Positions 11,263 to 24,782 of a stretch of DNA of 64,000 nucleotides are shown here, piece after piece; position 1 is the first letter of the stretch; each line of letters starts with the position of its first letter. The notes below the pieces were generated by a model, which was not told where the DNA came from, made no database searches, and worked only from the letters and a program-made list of their open reading frames with translations. The position numbers were made by a program, and so were the translations under genes. The DNA is from Azolla caroliniana (lineage: Eukaryota; Plantae; Polypodiophyta). Location of the stretch: assembly GCA_043228905.1 (NCBI GenBank), contig JBHGNT010000004.1:11594001-11658000 (forward strand). Reading direction: 5' to 3'.

Positions 11263-14200
11263 ACGGTTCTCATTGATTACTTTTTCTAATTGTCTACTTG
11301 GTCCCTAGGTATCATAGAGAAATGTACGTATTGGTTCATAGTTGTAAACTTGTACAACATTTGGTATTGTAGATTTGGTGTTGTTAATTGTTAGATCAAA
11401 ATCCATGAGTTTGACATACATTTTGCTTTCTATTTTTATTATGTACGCACCACATAACATCTACCTCCAAGAGGTTTTCATGAACTAGTATTAATGATCG
11501 TGTGAATCTTATGTTTGTAAACAATGCATTTGAAGGTTATGGAATGCAATGGTAAGAGACATTTCTATGAGGATTAACGCTCAATCATTTATTTTCCTTA
11601 TAAACATTCTTGCTAAGGAGTAGGTTATGGATATATTGAATCTATATGCTTGGGGGAGCTGAAAATGATGTTTTCTTTTTAAAAGGATTTGCTCCTAAAA
11701 GATCTCAAGGAATGGATGTTTAAACATTTTGCACTACCAATAATTGACCTTTTCTTAGGGATATACCTTTGACAAGCCAAATTAAGCGTGAGCACAACTG
11801 TGATATGTCACAAGTAGCGTGATGAAAATTATGCGCAAAGTATTAGCTTCAATTATCCATTGTCATTGTATCATGCATTTGAACATAAAATTTAGAATGC
11901 CATGTTGAGTGTCCTGAATGGTTACCTCAAACTAAACATGCTCCTAACCTCAATGCCTTTTCACCGAAAAGCTTAATGAGCTTCAAGTTTGTGTCACTCA
12001 TATCCATTACGAATTATCTAATAAAATTGAAACTACAGAAATACAATTTAATTACATTTTACAATTGAAACAAATCAAGTCTAAAATTATACGATTAGTC
12101 ATATGTGGAACCCTGTTATGAAAACATGTTAGACATTGTATGGCCACATTTAAATGATTGAATAAGGTGCAAAATGGTTGAATTATTTTAGATAATTATA
12201 ATGTGGACTTTTTTACCAAATTCATTTATTTTGATTATGTGAAAGGTTGTTTTCCATGAAATTAGTTTGGTAATCACATAAAATGTTCATGTATTGTAGT
12301 GTTACAATAATGCAAACCTTATTCATACTTTAATATTTTTATATCATAGCCAAATAAATAAGAGCATTTTGATAATATTGTGTCATTTAGTACAATGAGT
12401 TACAACTTACAATATACTACAACTACATTTGTCATGATTGTTGGTCATATATCTTCTCAGTCAAAGTGATTGATAATTCACAATTCTACATGTTTCATTT
12501 GTAACTTTCAAGAATCTCGTGCACCCACCCACCCTACCCCCACCGTTCATGTATAATATTGTGGAGTATGATGGCAATGTGACAATCCTAATGTGTGATA
12601 TGGGTATAATACGTATATTGTCAATGTAACAATTTACTCTAGCCTTTGAAATGTTGATAAATTAAAAACAATTTGGATATAACATTAGTCAATTTGTTCT
12701 GTTTAAGTATTAGAATTCCATAAGGGATCACATATATGAAATTGTGCCAACATATGTAGATATAACCTTTTGTCTTCTAAAATGTCTTTTTATTATTACG
12801 TTCATTGAATTGTAGAACTTGCTCATTTATTATTCTAAAGCACCTTGGTTTTCTCAATACATTGAATACAACATATTTTGCTATATTGAAATTGTGTCTC
12901 AACATTGGCGATATTGGGACAAGCTTATCAAATCAAATATTGACACATAACTCTACGTATTTCACAATCAAATGTCAAAAGAAACTAAAATTGAGAAAAA
13001 CATGTCACCTTCATAATGGCATGCCACTGTCATTTTATGACATTCTAGAAAGTTGTTAAATACTCAAGTTACCTAGAATATATAAAATTGTGCCACACAT
13101 ATAGATAACATGATAGATGCAATATCGCCTTTTATACTTTCATATTGGCTACCCAAAGATATATTTTCTTACTATAAGAAAAACATAAAAACATTGTAGG
13201 CAAAGTATACTCCACACACAACTATATGATATATCCCATAGACTAACTCTTTTGGTTATTAAGAAATATATTATTTTAAAACACTTCACACAATTTAGAC
13301 CAAGCGGAAAGACTCATTCTCCTGGAGCTTTGGGATGACTCAACATGGCCAATCTCACTCTTCTTGTTTTGGTTTTATTCGCTTTTGTTTCTCGAACAAG
13401 CCAACAAGCCATACAACATTTCTTATTTTGGTCTCGTTGGTCATATTGGTGTCTTTATAGACACCTACCTTGATAGATCCATCTTCTTGTCTTGCAATAA
13501 CCAATAATGAAACATTAGCTAGGAAGGATCTTCATTTCAATATTTTGAAAACCTAGTTCATATCCAAACCATTAGATTGTGAATAAGCTTGTGACTTTGA
13601 ACTTGCTCCACAAAATTTAGAGTTTGGATCATACATACCTAGATTCTTGTGTTTTCAATATTCATTTTTTAACTTTTGCATGCCACCATTATTTTGATTT
13701 GAATTATACTTTTATAACAAAGTCTAGTAAAACTATTCACTTACTATATTTGACAGGACAACCTAGTTAATCCATGAACTAGATTATCATGAGAAGGAAA
13801 GTAGAGTAACTAAGGTAATACTTTGGTATTCTAAAGAGTAGGCTGCTACAAGAAAAAAGAAGGTGAAAATGATGTTCATGATGGTTCAAGGAAAAATAGT
13901 ACGTAAAATGTGTCAAGTGAAAGAGGAAGTGGGGTCTAGTTAAGAGTGGGGAGAATGAGGTGAATAAAAAGATCTAGTAATGCATTAGGTGAATAGATAT
14001 ATCAAGTAATGCTTTATAGTTTTGGAGTTGTCAACAATATCTTAAGTAGCTTGTATATTTACTGACTATTCGAACCATAGTATGTAACATGCTTGAATGC
14101 ATTGGCAAATAGTTTTTTTCATAAGAATGCAAACGAATGTGTATGTTATCAAAACATTCTTGTGTTTTCTTTTACACTTTTTACCTTAAATTTTTTTTAC

Positions 14201-14827
14201 CTTATAATAAGTAATGAATACAAAAGTATAGTATTTACCATACTCGAAATGATAGAAACATTCTTGAATGTGAATGCATGTATGGTACTTATGGTTCATA
14301 CTATGATTAGAATCGGGTACCACATTGTGTTTTAGGGTTCATACTATGATGTTTTTTTAACCACCACTCATCATGTACATAAGTAGAGTGTCATTTATCT
14401 TTAACAAGTGCATGAGAAATTTAGGATTTTTTTTAATTCAAAAGTGTAACCCATTTTGGTTTGTTGATGAGGGTATACGAGGTTTTTTGTTGTATTTTTT
14501 CCACCATCTTGGTATGAATAGTTGTTTTAATTAGGAAACTATTTCATATTGACTAGAGTTTACTTTATGAATGTAAGCCATGGCTTTCGTTGTTTAAACA
14601 ATAACATATGCACATATTTGAATTGAATGAGGTCATTATATGGTCACTTATTAAAATGTGCATGCATGGGTAAACAAACATATGCCTCTACATTTATGGA
14701 TAGTGACATGTGAGATTGAAGTAATAATTGATTGTCACAATTTCAAAAAATGTCATAGGAATCATGGTTTGTGTGAGTTATATAGATCCACATAAAACAT
14801 GTGGGATAGGGAGAGTGTGTGGGTGCA

Positions 14828-14830
<3 letters not shown>

Positions 14831-14868
<38 letters not shown>

Positions 14869-15043
14869 AAAAACAAATCTGTAGTATGAGTAGTTACAAA
14901 TTCCAGAAGAGACAAAATCTTATCAACAAACTATAGGTTTTAGATGCACACATTGGTACTCATTTGACTTTTGGCTACATGGTTCATTGCTTTGGAGAAT
15001 GATAACTTTCAAATATAAGTAATGCACTCATCATTAGCTAAAC

Positions 15044-15081
<38 letters not shown>

Positions 15082-15260
15082 GGAAACAAATCGATAGTAT
15101 GAGAAGTCACAAATTCCACAAGAGACAAAATCTTATCAACAAACTATAGGTTTTAGATGCACACATTGGTACTCCTTTGACTTTAGGGTACGTGGTTCAT
15201 TGCTTTGGAAAATGATAACTTTCAAATATAAGTAATGTACTCATCATTAGTTACACCAGA
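14831..15260. repeat. Tandem duplication of ~215 bp, each unit headed by (GA)n
   Basis: (GA)nGTTC...ATCTTATCAACAAACTATAGGTTTTAGATGCACACATTGGTACTC...CTCATCATTAG occurs twice. Confidence 0.92.
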
Positions 15261-17759
15261 CATGATTGAGAATCAAGCAGATGTGCAAATAATGGAAATG
15301 AAGCCATATTTACAACCAAGAGCAATCCTAAAAGAGACAAATTATTTATAATAATTTATGTATTTTAGGAGAGCGAAGTACGTACCTTTGATTTTTGCGC
15401 ATTTACCAAGTTATCTTATTATTGTCTATTCTTGATAAACTAGAATCCATGAAAGGACAATGATAACTATTAGAGCCCTATTGGCACATATAATGGTATC
15501 TTTTCTATATTATAAATCAATATTATCAAACATATTTATTAAATCAAAGATGGGTTTAGTAAACATTTCATTTCAAGGTAAACAAATACAACCAAATTGG
15601 GTAATTGTCTAAACCTTGTTAGTTGTGAATACTAGTGCATTATGGCTTTAGAATAATAAATCTTGTCATCATATTAACTATGGTGTTTGTGGAAAACATT
15701 TAGTATCATCATGTATTTTCAAGCTCCAACCACTCTTTAAAGAAGACATTAGAAATACTACTTTGTGACGTTGTCTTTAATGTGATACAACACATTTTTG
15801 AATAATATCAAAACAAGATATACTATGTGGTTTAAATTGAGTTTAGAGCAAGAAATACATACTTTACATATTTTGTAATGAGTTAAGCAATATAACTTTA
15901 ATAAAAAATGATGAATGAGCCATATAAATGGAGATGAGTCAAAATGAAAAATAACTTTAAAATAATAAATATATGCCCACTCCAAAGAATTTAAGACAAC
16001 AAAGTGACCTTCACTTCCAGATATTTTAATTACTACTTCCAACCAATATATTCAAGTTGAACTAATAACCCACTCCAAACGAAGCTGTTGAAATATGCAC
16101 TACTGAATACCTCTAAGGATAATATAGCTCCAACACAACAATATCAAATGTACCAAAAGCAAAATAGAACCATAGCAGTATGTGGCCTTCAATTAAGGAT
16201 AACACATACAACCTAAATTATGCCCAACATGTTAAAGTGCTTCCTAGATTAAACATATATCCCTGTCTAAGCATTATAGAACCCAAAAAAGTATCACATC
16301 CCTTTCTCATCACTATCGTCATCCTCTGACTCTATATTGGTCAATAACTTTTTCTATAAGCTCTAATTTGTAAGTTGATGTTTGGTGCCAAAATCTTCCT
16401 CTTCCACAATCACATCAAGATTATCTTTTTTTTTTCACACTAATGTCTTTCACTTACTAGCTAGGGTTCAAATTGATCTCTTTGTTTATTATAAATATGT
16501 ATTATATATAATTTTGTTCTAGTATGTTATGCACTGTATTAAAGAAAACAAGAGGTAGTAAGCTTGATTAACTTTAAGGTATAGGACATCTAATATTTTC
16601 ATGCACATGAGATGTGGGGCGGGACCATAAAAAATTTCAACTAAGGAAATTAGCTTTCTCGATGAAGGTATGCGGGATTTGAATGGATCAATCGACACGT
16701 GGTCATGCTTATGTCGATTTTTTGTCTACAGATTATATGAGAAAGACACATGTCTTAGCATGTGGGTACTCTTGTGTGTGACTGTGTTGTGGTATGTTTG
16801 AGGGCAAGTGCATGTACAAATGTATATATGGTTTGTGTGAAATGAATTGTTTTGTGCGTGAGAAAAGGTAATGTTGTACATATATATGTAATTGTTCATT
16901 TTTATGCGTGTATGTGTTGCTTGAACTTTGAAGTGACTTTGTGTGTGAATTGTGTTTATATGTACACGTGTGCTTGTGCATGTATGTCGTGGTTTTGTGT
17001 GTATTTCTACTTATGTGTAATTATGTGTATGTGCCTATGGGGGGTGGGGGGGTGGAAAGGTTAGATGGTATATTGATTGGTTTTGGAGCCTATTTTGAGA
17101 ACATAAACTTCCCTCCTCCCTTTTCGTTGTGGGTAAAGTCATTGGGAAAAATGAATGTGTTAAAAAGGAGGAGAAAAGAGTTAAACTAGATGTGAAGCTT
17201 AGGCTTAGTGTGGTGATTGCTTGATATCATGTGCTGATCAACAACACCACGTTGCAACTACATTGATGGAGAGTAGAGTTAGAGTCTAACTAATTAATTT
17301 AGCAATATATAAGGAATTATAGACCAAAGAAAGGAAAGAGGGGTGTCAAAACACTTGACCACCTCCTAGCAATGATGTAAGATGAACTCGTACCTCCTCG
17401 ATGTCCCAGACCATTGAGAGTTGATGCGAGTCGTACCTTGGGTTCTGCGAGGAATGCACATGCTTAACGAACAAGAGCCATAGCCACACTATCATAGTCT
17501 CAACATAAGTCAAGCCTCCTTTGATAAGAAAGTAGTTGGTAGTTGAGTGTTGTCGTCCAAAATTTTTGCAAAAGGATTTACGAACTAAAACCAATCTAAT
17601 TGTTTCTCTTCGTCCTTATGTTACTGGGGAACTGATGATTACTAAAGCTGAGACACCTACAAAGACGTCTCGGAAGTCAAAACCTGAACATAAGAAGTAC
17701 CAGAAACAACCAAAACCTTGTTGTCTCTATCGACTGACACAAAGGGTTAGACGTGTTAA

Positions 17760-18060
17760 TGTTGAGCGGACAAGCTCAACATGATCCGGATTGGAGAACC
17801 GGATCAGTGAGCCAGACTCAAGAGCCGGATTGGAGGGCCAGACGCACGTGCAAACCGGTAGGCCTACACTCCTAGACTACTAGGTAGTTATGGTTTTAGG
17901 AGTTAGTGTCAATAGCTCAGCAAGAAGTGAAGTACTTGTTACTACTTCTCTATTAGTCCTTTTAAGAACTTGTATAAAAGTGCTCACTAAACACATTGTA
18001 TGTAGAGAGTGATATTTTGAATTTGAGTTTTATGTTATTCTACTCTCTTTGTCTCTCCCG
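17760..18060 (+). mobile_element. Truncated copia LTR related to the LTR at 2195-2593
   Basis: Shares TGTTGAG..CAAGCTCAACAT..CCGGATTGG..GAGAACCGGATC and TTGTATAAAAGTGCTCACTAA with the reverse complement of 2195-2593. Confidence 0.75.
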
Positions 18061-19063
18061 TGCACTCTCTCTCTAACATCACCAAATCTAGTCAACCACG
18101 CCATCACACCACAATACATTTCACACATGAGCTCTCTGACATATACTCTCGACATGTTCAAGCCCATCTCTACTCCCTTGATCCCTCTCTACCTTTAGAG
18201 AGCCTTAGTATGAAACTCACACACATTCTTCACTCCGCAACCGTTAGCAGTTTCCCATATACAAAACACTCCAATCAAGGTAGATTAGGATCTTTGCCAC
18301 AAAATAGATGGTTTGATGAGGATTGTAGGAACTTACATAGACAACTTACAATATCGCAACTTCGTGCTAGCATTACCTCAGTACAAGCTCGCAAAGAAAT
18401 GCGCAAGATGACACGTTGTCGCGTTACTACGCACGTGCGTGGGGAAACGAGGCGGGACCACCGGGGTCTTGAACCAAAGAGCAGGTGATAGAAGGGGAAA
18501 GAGAAAGAGAGAGAAGCTCGGTTACGTATGAGCAAAGAAACACAGGGACACGGCCCTGTCAACGCAGAAGACACGAATGGACACAGAGACAGAGAGACAC
18601 GAATGTTTGTATATTAATGAATGACAAATAAACAATAGAGCATGCGAGCGGTTACAACCGAACAGGCCGGCGAATAGATGCCGATGCCTGCACGTCTGCG
18701 CACGAAAGGGGATAGGATGGAGGTGCTGCCGGAAGCACACGGGCGTTCCTCGAAGCAGCGCGAGCCTCCCGAAAACCTGCAGAGAAGAGCGATGGAGAAC
18801 GAACGGAGGAGAAGCGTTCGGTTTCGGTCCAACAACACTTCGTCCTCCTCAATAATAATATATATCCCCCTCTCCCGCGTCTCCCTCTCTTTTATAGCTT
18901 CAAGAAGGGAGCCGTTTCCCTCATTAACTTCCTACCTACCGAATCTAACTACCTAGGATATACCTTTGTACCTAATTCTCTATTATATACATTAAAGGGC
19001 GCGCATGCGTGAAGAGCCGGTTCACGTGCGCTATGCACCGATTACGCTAAGGGACGGTTTTCT

Positions 19064-22000
19064 TCACGACATCCGCCCCCACCTAACCGCGCATCCACCG
19101 GTATGCGCCACAATTGGGTTCTGGTTGGAGAAAACCGGTCTAGGTTCCGGTTCCTCGTCCATCGGTTCGTCCTCCGTTTCGGACTGTTCGTCGTCGCTGT
19201 CCAGGCCTCTTAGATCTGGTTCGCCATCGTGGCGCTTCTTGAACGCTTTGATCCGCTTCCCTGCTACCGGTATCGCCATCCTCGTACCGTCGAGTTCCGC
19301 CAGGTGATACGTCCCGTTGTTGTTGGCGCTCGTTACCACGTAAGGCCCGAACCACCGCTTTGCAAACTTCCGTGTTGCCCGGTGCTGGTTGTCGAGGCTG
19401 CTGTCGTAGACTAGCACCCAATCGCCTTCCTCGATTTTCTTTGGTCGGAGCCGGTGCGTTCGGTCGAACGGGCTTTGTTCCTCATCCTCACCGTCCGAAG
19501 TCTCTCCGCCGCTCGTTCCACGTCCTCTGGCCTCCGCTCGAGCTGCCGTATACGCGCCGCTAGCAGTTCTTCCCGACTCATCTCGTCTCTCCAGTCCACT
19601 GTCGCCCAAGAGGAGATCGTCCGTTCCATCGGCATGATCGGCTTCTGTCCGAACATGAGCTCTGACGGCATGAACCCGGTTACCGAACTGTGCGTTGTCC
19701 GGTCCGCCCACAAGGCATAAGGTAACAGTCGTGGCTAGTTCCCGACCTGGCCTCCGCATGCCCGGACTAGCGCTTTGACGATCGGTCCGTGTCCGCGCTC
19801 CACCTTCCCGTTCGCCTCCGGATTGTACGCTGTGGTGAGTGAGAGCTTGACCCCTAACCGGTCGAACAGCTCCTCGGCCTCTTCGGCGTCCAACTCCCCG
19901 CGGTCAGCCACGATCTTCCCGATGCACCCGTACCGGCATATCACGTCCTCGATCAGGAACCGACACACGACCGTGGTCGTTTTGTTCTGCAGGGCTCGGC
20001 CTTCCACCTGGTTCGTCAGGTCCTCCCGGGCCAACACCAGATATCGCATCTGCCCTACGCCCATCGGCATCGTCACCAAATCTACCATCCATTTGAAATG
20101 GATGGCCGGAGGGTATGTAGGGTGAAGCTCGTCCCGATGTTGGACTATGGAGTGTATCTGATAGCTCTCACAAGTTGTCACGAACCGATGCACGTCCCGG
20201 TACAGTCCCGGCCACCAGTACTTCCCCTTTAGTTTCTCGAACGTGGCCCACGTCCCACGGTGTCCAGCCCAGGGGCTGTCGTGGTAGGCCTTCAACAACT
20301 CCTCCTGTTCCTCCTCCATCGCCACTAGGAGCGGGATGCCGTTTCTCTTCTTCGGGTGCTTCCACAAGTATCTGTCCCGGAGAAAGAACCGGTTGGCCTC
20401 GCTCTTTGTCCATGACGCGTCCGGCGTCATCGTCCTCAAGAATCCCCCAATCTGCAGCCACTCCCTGTCGTACTTGCTCTCGTTGAAATCGTTAAGCGCC
20501 GGAGTGGCCCCCCCCTCGGTTGTTACGTAAGCCGCCTTGAAGAAGTCCATGCCGACTTCCTCGTCCTCCGAAACCATGCTGCCCTCGTCGTCGAATCGCA
20601 CCCTCGAAAGCATGTCGGCCATGGCATTGTCTTTCCCGGAAATGTGTCGTATTTCCGGATCCAGGGACTTGATGTACGCTATCCACCTGAGCATTGCCAG
20701 GTCCGGGTTTGCGCATCCGGAAACCATGTCGAGAATCGGCAGGCAGTCCGTCTCGATAATCACCTCTGTCCCGATCAGATAGTCTTTATCAGCTTTCACC
20801 GCCGAAACGATACCCCAGAGTTCGCGTTTAACCTGGGCGTATCCTCGCTGTCGCTCGCTGAGGACCTTCGCGCCGAACCAGATTGGGAACCGAATGCCAT
20901 CCTCATCTTCTTGGTTGACGACCCATCCGATCCCGGTCGGACTTGTATTTACCGCTATGTAGATGGGAGTGCCTTTCTCGTAGACAGCCTTCCGGAGTGC
21001 CGGAGCTGCAGCAAGAGCCTCCTTCATCTTTCGGACCGACTCCGTATGCTCGTCTCGCCACTCGAATTTTCGCCCCTTTTTCAACAACCCGTATAGTGGC
21101 TCAGCAACGTGGGCGTAATGCGGGATCCATATGTGGTAGAACACGCATGCTCCCAAGAACCTCCGTACCTCCGTGACCGAGTTACAGTCGGGCTTCATTG
21201 CGGAGATGGCTTCCACCTTAGCCGGAGACGGTTTCCGGCCATACGGTCCGCATAGATGTCCGACGACCATGATCTCTGATTGCCCGAAGGCCGATTTCTC
21301 CCCGGAGAAGGTGAGCCTCGCGTCCTCTAGCCTCTGCAGCACCCTCTCGCAATCGTCAATGTGTGTCGCCACGAATTTCCGGCATCCGTCTGGTCCGATC
21401 GTTTCGTCCCTTTCCTCCACCGGACATCCCTTGATCGGGATGTCGTCCAAGAATGGCATGGTGATGTCCGGGATACAATCCCTTAGCACCTTGTTCATCG
21501 CATTCACCATGTGGGCCACCGAGTTCGTCCCTCCTTGTGGCAGGGTACACATCCGCACTAGGCCGAGAGGAGTCCGCATCGTCGTAATGTCTCTGCTCTC
21601 CACGGCTAGTTGGAACTGATCGTACCCCGAGTATAGATCACCGACCGAGTAGATCGACCTTCCGGCGAAGGCCTCCGCGAACTCGTCTATCGTTGGTCCG
21701 ATTCCTGTGTTTCGAATGGTCACTCTGTTGACCGGTTGCAGGTCTTGAATGAAGCGCAACGTCCCGTTCTTCTTTGGTACGGTAAACCACCGGTTCGATT
21801 ACGGGGTACTCGACGGTTCGAGGATGCCCATATCGACTTTCTGCCTCAATAGCTCCATCAGCTCTGGGATGTGAGCTCTCGGTACCGGAATTGGTTTGAG
21901 ATTCCATGGCACATGCGGTACCGTGAATATCACCATCGGCTTCACGACTGTCGGGTCTACGCACCCGATCTCTTCCGGTGAGTATGCGAAGGCTTTCCCG

Positions 22001-22626
22001 TGCCTTCTGAGCATTCTCCGAAACCGATCTTCTTCCGCCGGCAGTAGGAACCCGCCCCCACTGATTTTGAGCTCCCGTAGCAATCTGTCGGTGAAGGTGT
22101 GTCCTATGTAGGCCGGATCTCGTAAACTGGGGTCCAACGCGACCCCCTTGATTCGCAACTCGTTGCCCTCCGGTAAGGGTGCCGCGACTGGCCTTACCTT
22201 CCGGTCCACAGTCTTGTACTTCGTGTTAACCCGGGCCATCCGATCCGACTCGAGCCCTCGACTGAAGTCCGCGATGACTTCGTACATCTCTTCTGAACAA
22301 ACCGGTATCGTCCGGTCCTCTTTAAGGCCCTCTCCGACCACCTCTCGCAGTATTCCCAAGGTATCGTCGAAGGAGACCGCCTCCACGGCTCCGTTGATTT
22401 CCTCGCTGGGCCCGAGAATTCCGCATGCCCGAAGTCGCTCTTCCACCCTTGTCTTTTCTCGGCCAACGAGGCCAACTATCGTACACCCTCCGTTGTCGGA
22501 GAAACAAAACTTCCTACTTATGGTACAAGGTTTCTTTGGTTTCGCCTCTATCGTACATTTGTGGGGTTTTCCCGGAGTGTCCGGACTATCGTGGCCCCAC
22601 GCCTTGACAACCCTCTCTAAAAATCC
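19064..22626 (-). pseudogene. Gypsy pol (RT-RNaseH-integrase) with premature stops and a frameshift
   Basis: ORFs 21799-22446, 19735-21759, 19411-19713 and the end of 19064-19759. The frame is open from 22620. Confidence 0.92.
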
Positions 22627-24769
22627 TCTCGGTTCTCGCCACCGAGGGACTCACGGTTTCGCTCGTGGTTCGGTCGCACCGTCAGGAACTGGACCGAATG
22701 ACGCCCGTCCTGACTCTTGACCCTCGCGTAAGCCGACCCGTTGTCCAGCACCTTGGTCTCCATCCGCGCTGCCGTAATGTACAGTTCTCCCAGTATGACC
22801 GGGTGCGAGGATGTCTCCTGCACAAAGAAGTGCTGGTCTATCTCGACGTCGCCGATCTTGACTCGCACGTTTGGGCAGGCCCCGTGTAGTTCCTCGGTGG
22901 CGCGCGTCGCCGCCCGTATCTTCCACCCGTGCTTGGTGTTGATCGACCATTTCCCCTTCTTGTAGAAGTCCATGGACATCAGGTTTATTTCCGAACCGTG
23001 GTCCACCAGCGCCACCACCGGTTCCTGAACATTTCCAATCTTCACCGGGGTTTCCGTGGTCGCTCGGGCCCAGTGTGGCCTCGAATAGTGGCTCTCCGCC
23101 CACTCGTCTTCCAGCGCCATGTCCTCTATGTGCGTCGTCCGCACCTCCACCGGCCTTTCCAGTTTTGTCTCCGTCGACAGCCTCTTCCTCTTCACCAAGT
23201 CTACGATGGAGTCGTGGAACTCCTTCTTGGCGATTCCGAGCACCTCCCGCAATGACAGTTCCACCTTGCTGTCAAGGATTCGTTCTTCCAGGACCTTTCG
23301 TAGGTCCGTGGTCCTTTCGATCTCCGTGCCCAACCGGTATCTGCCCTTCTTGTGGTTATCCCGGGCACTGGTCTCACCGGCCTCGTTCTGTTTCGGCCCG
23401 AATCGGGTTTCGTATCTCTGTGAGGGTCCGGCCCCTCCGGTTTTACCTACCCGTTTGTCTTCAACCAGAGCCTCGTACTTCTAGCAAGCTACTTCGACGA
23501 AACCCGTCTTTTCTTCGACCGGGTCACTCCACCCGGTTACCTCCTGGACCTGCTTCTCCGCGCGGTCCGCCTCGTCTTTCCTTAGTCGGGCACCAACGAG
23601 GCCTTCCAGCATCGTCGGCCAGAACCCGGCTTTGCTCTCCTTCCGGGCCTCGCTGCCTCCGACCTGAATACCGGCTGACGCCGAGTAGTGGACGGTCTCC
23701 GCGTGCTGGGCCGCCGCCTCTTCCATCAGCTTTTTCATTCCTCCTCGCCCGTCGTTTCGGTTCAGGGCCCTCCAGGTATCGCTAGCGTGCACCCGACCTT
23801 CCCATAGGTACACTACCCGGCTCCTCAAAGCCTCCGCAAAGTCCCCGCAGTCTTTCCAGATGTGGCCGACCTCGTTGCACCACATGCACCTATTTCCTGC
23901 CGGAGGCCGTCGGTCACGAGCCTGTTCACCGCCTTCCCTCTGAGCCTAGGCGATCTGGAGATCCTTTACCGCCCGTGTCAACTCCTCTAAAGTTGTTCCC
24001 CCGGACGAGCCTCTGACCACGCCGGTCGAAGCCGAACCGGTTTCGAGCCACTCTCGGGTCTCTTCCCTTCGCGCCTGTGGTATCGGTTCGAGCTTCCTTG
24101 CTGCGACAGGGCCCGCCCCGGTCGCCCCTGTATCAGGTCACTCCCACCGTTTGTCAAAACGGCTGCAGACTCTTTTTACCACAGCCCAGTCGGCCGTCAG
24201 CCCGTCTTCGGTTTCCAGTAAGGAGCCCACTTGCTCCCGATCCCGTGCGTCAACCGATTTGACAAATAGTAGGACACGACTTGTGTCCAGAACGGTCCGA
24301 TCGAGCACCGAAGGTGCGCAAAGCGTTCCTCAAACTCCCAGAGGAGTACCAACGCATTTCTTCCTTTGTTGGGGGGCTCCACCCACTCCATGAAGCCCCG
24401 CTTCGAAAGCCGAAGCGCGTCATCCAACCCGTATTTCTCCAGGAGCTGTACGTCGAACTCCTCCCAGGTCCGGCTCTCCGCCCGGACCTCGAGCACCTCC
24501 GTATGGATGCCCGGCATCGCCACTTGAGGGAATCCGGCAAGACGCCTCTCTTCCGGAATATCCCTCATCAACATCTCCGCCCGGTAGGACGCCAAATAAC
24601 TCGTGGCATCCTTTCCACTGAACCGGCCGATCGTACCGACGATCGTCTCAATAGCCTTGTCAAGGGCGCCGGCGCCCTCGCGTGCGCTCACTATCCGGTC
24701 CACGGCCGAAGCCATGGCCTCTGCAAGATCCGATCCCCTCATCTTCTGCTCCTCTGCCACCTTATTCAC
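22617..24769 (-). pseudogene. Gypsy gag-protease, disrupted
   Basis: ORFs 24197-24769, 23481-23885 and 22617-23333. Confidence 0.88.
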
Positions 24770-24782
24770 GTCAGGTTCACCA
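24764..24782 (-). promoter_or_regulatory. Primer-binding site complementary to tRNA-Trp
   Basis: TGGTGAACCTGACGTGAAT 4 nt after the 5' LTR. It is complementary to the plant tRNA-Trp 3' end as recalled (...AUUCACGUCGGGUUCACCA), with one G-U pair. Confidence 0.85.

Noticed and set aside
11263-17340. Short ORFs in the AT-rich region
   Set aside because: No recognisable motifs or coding composition.
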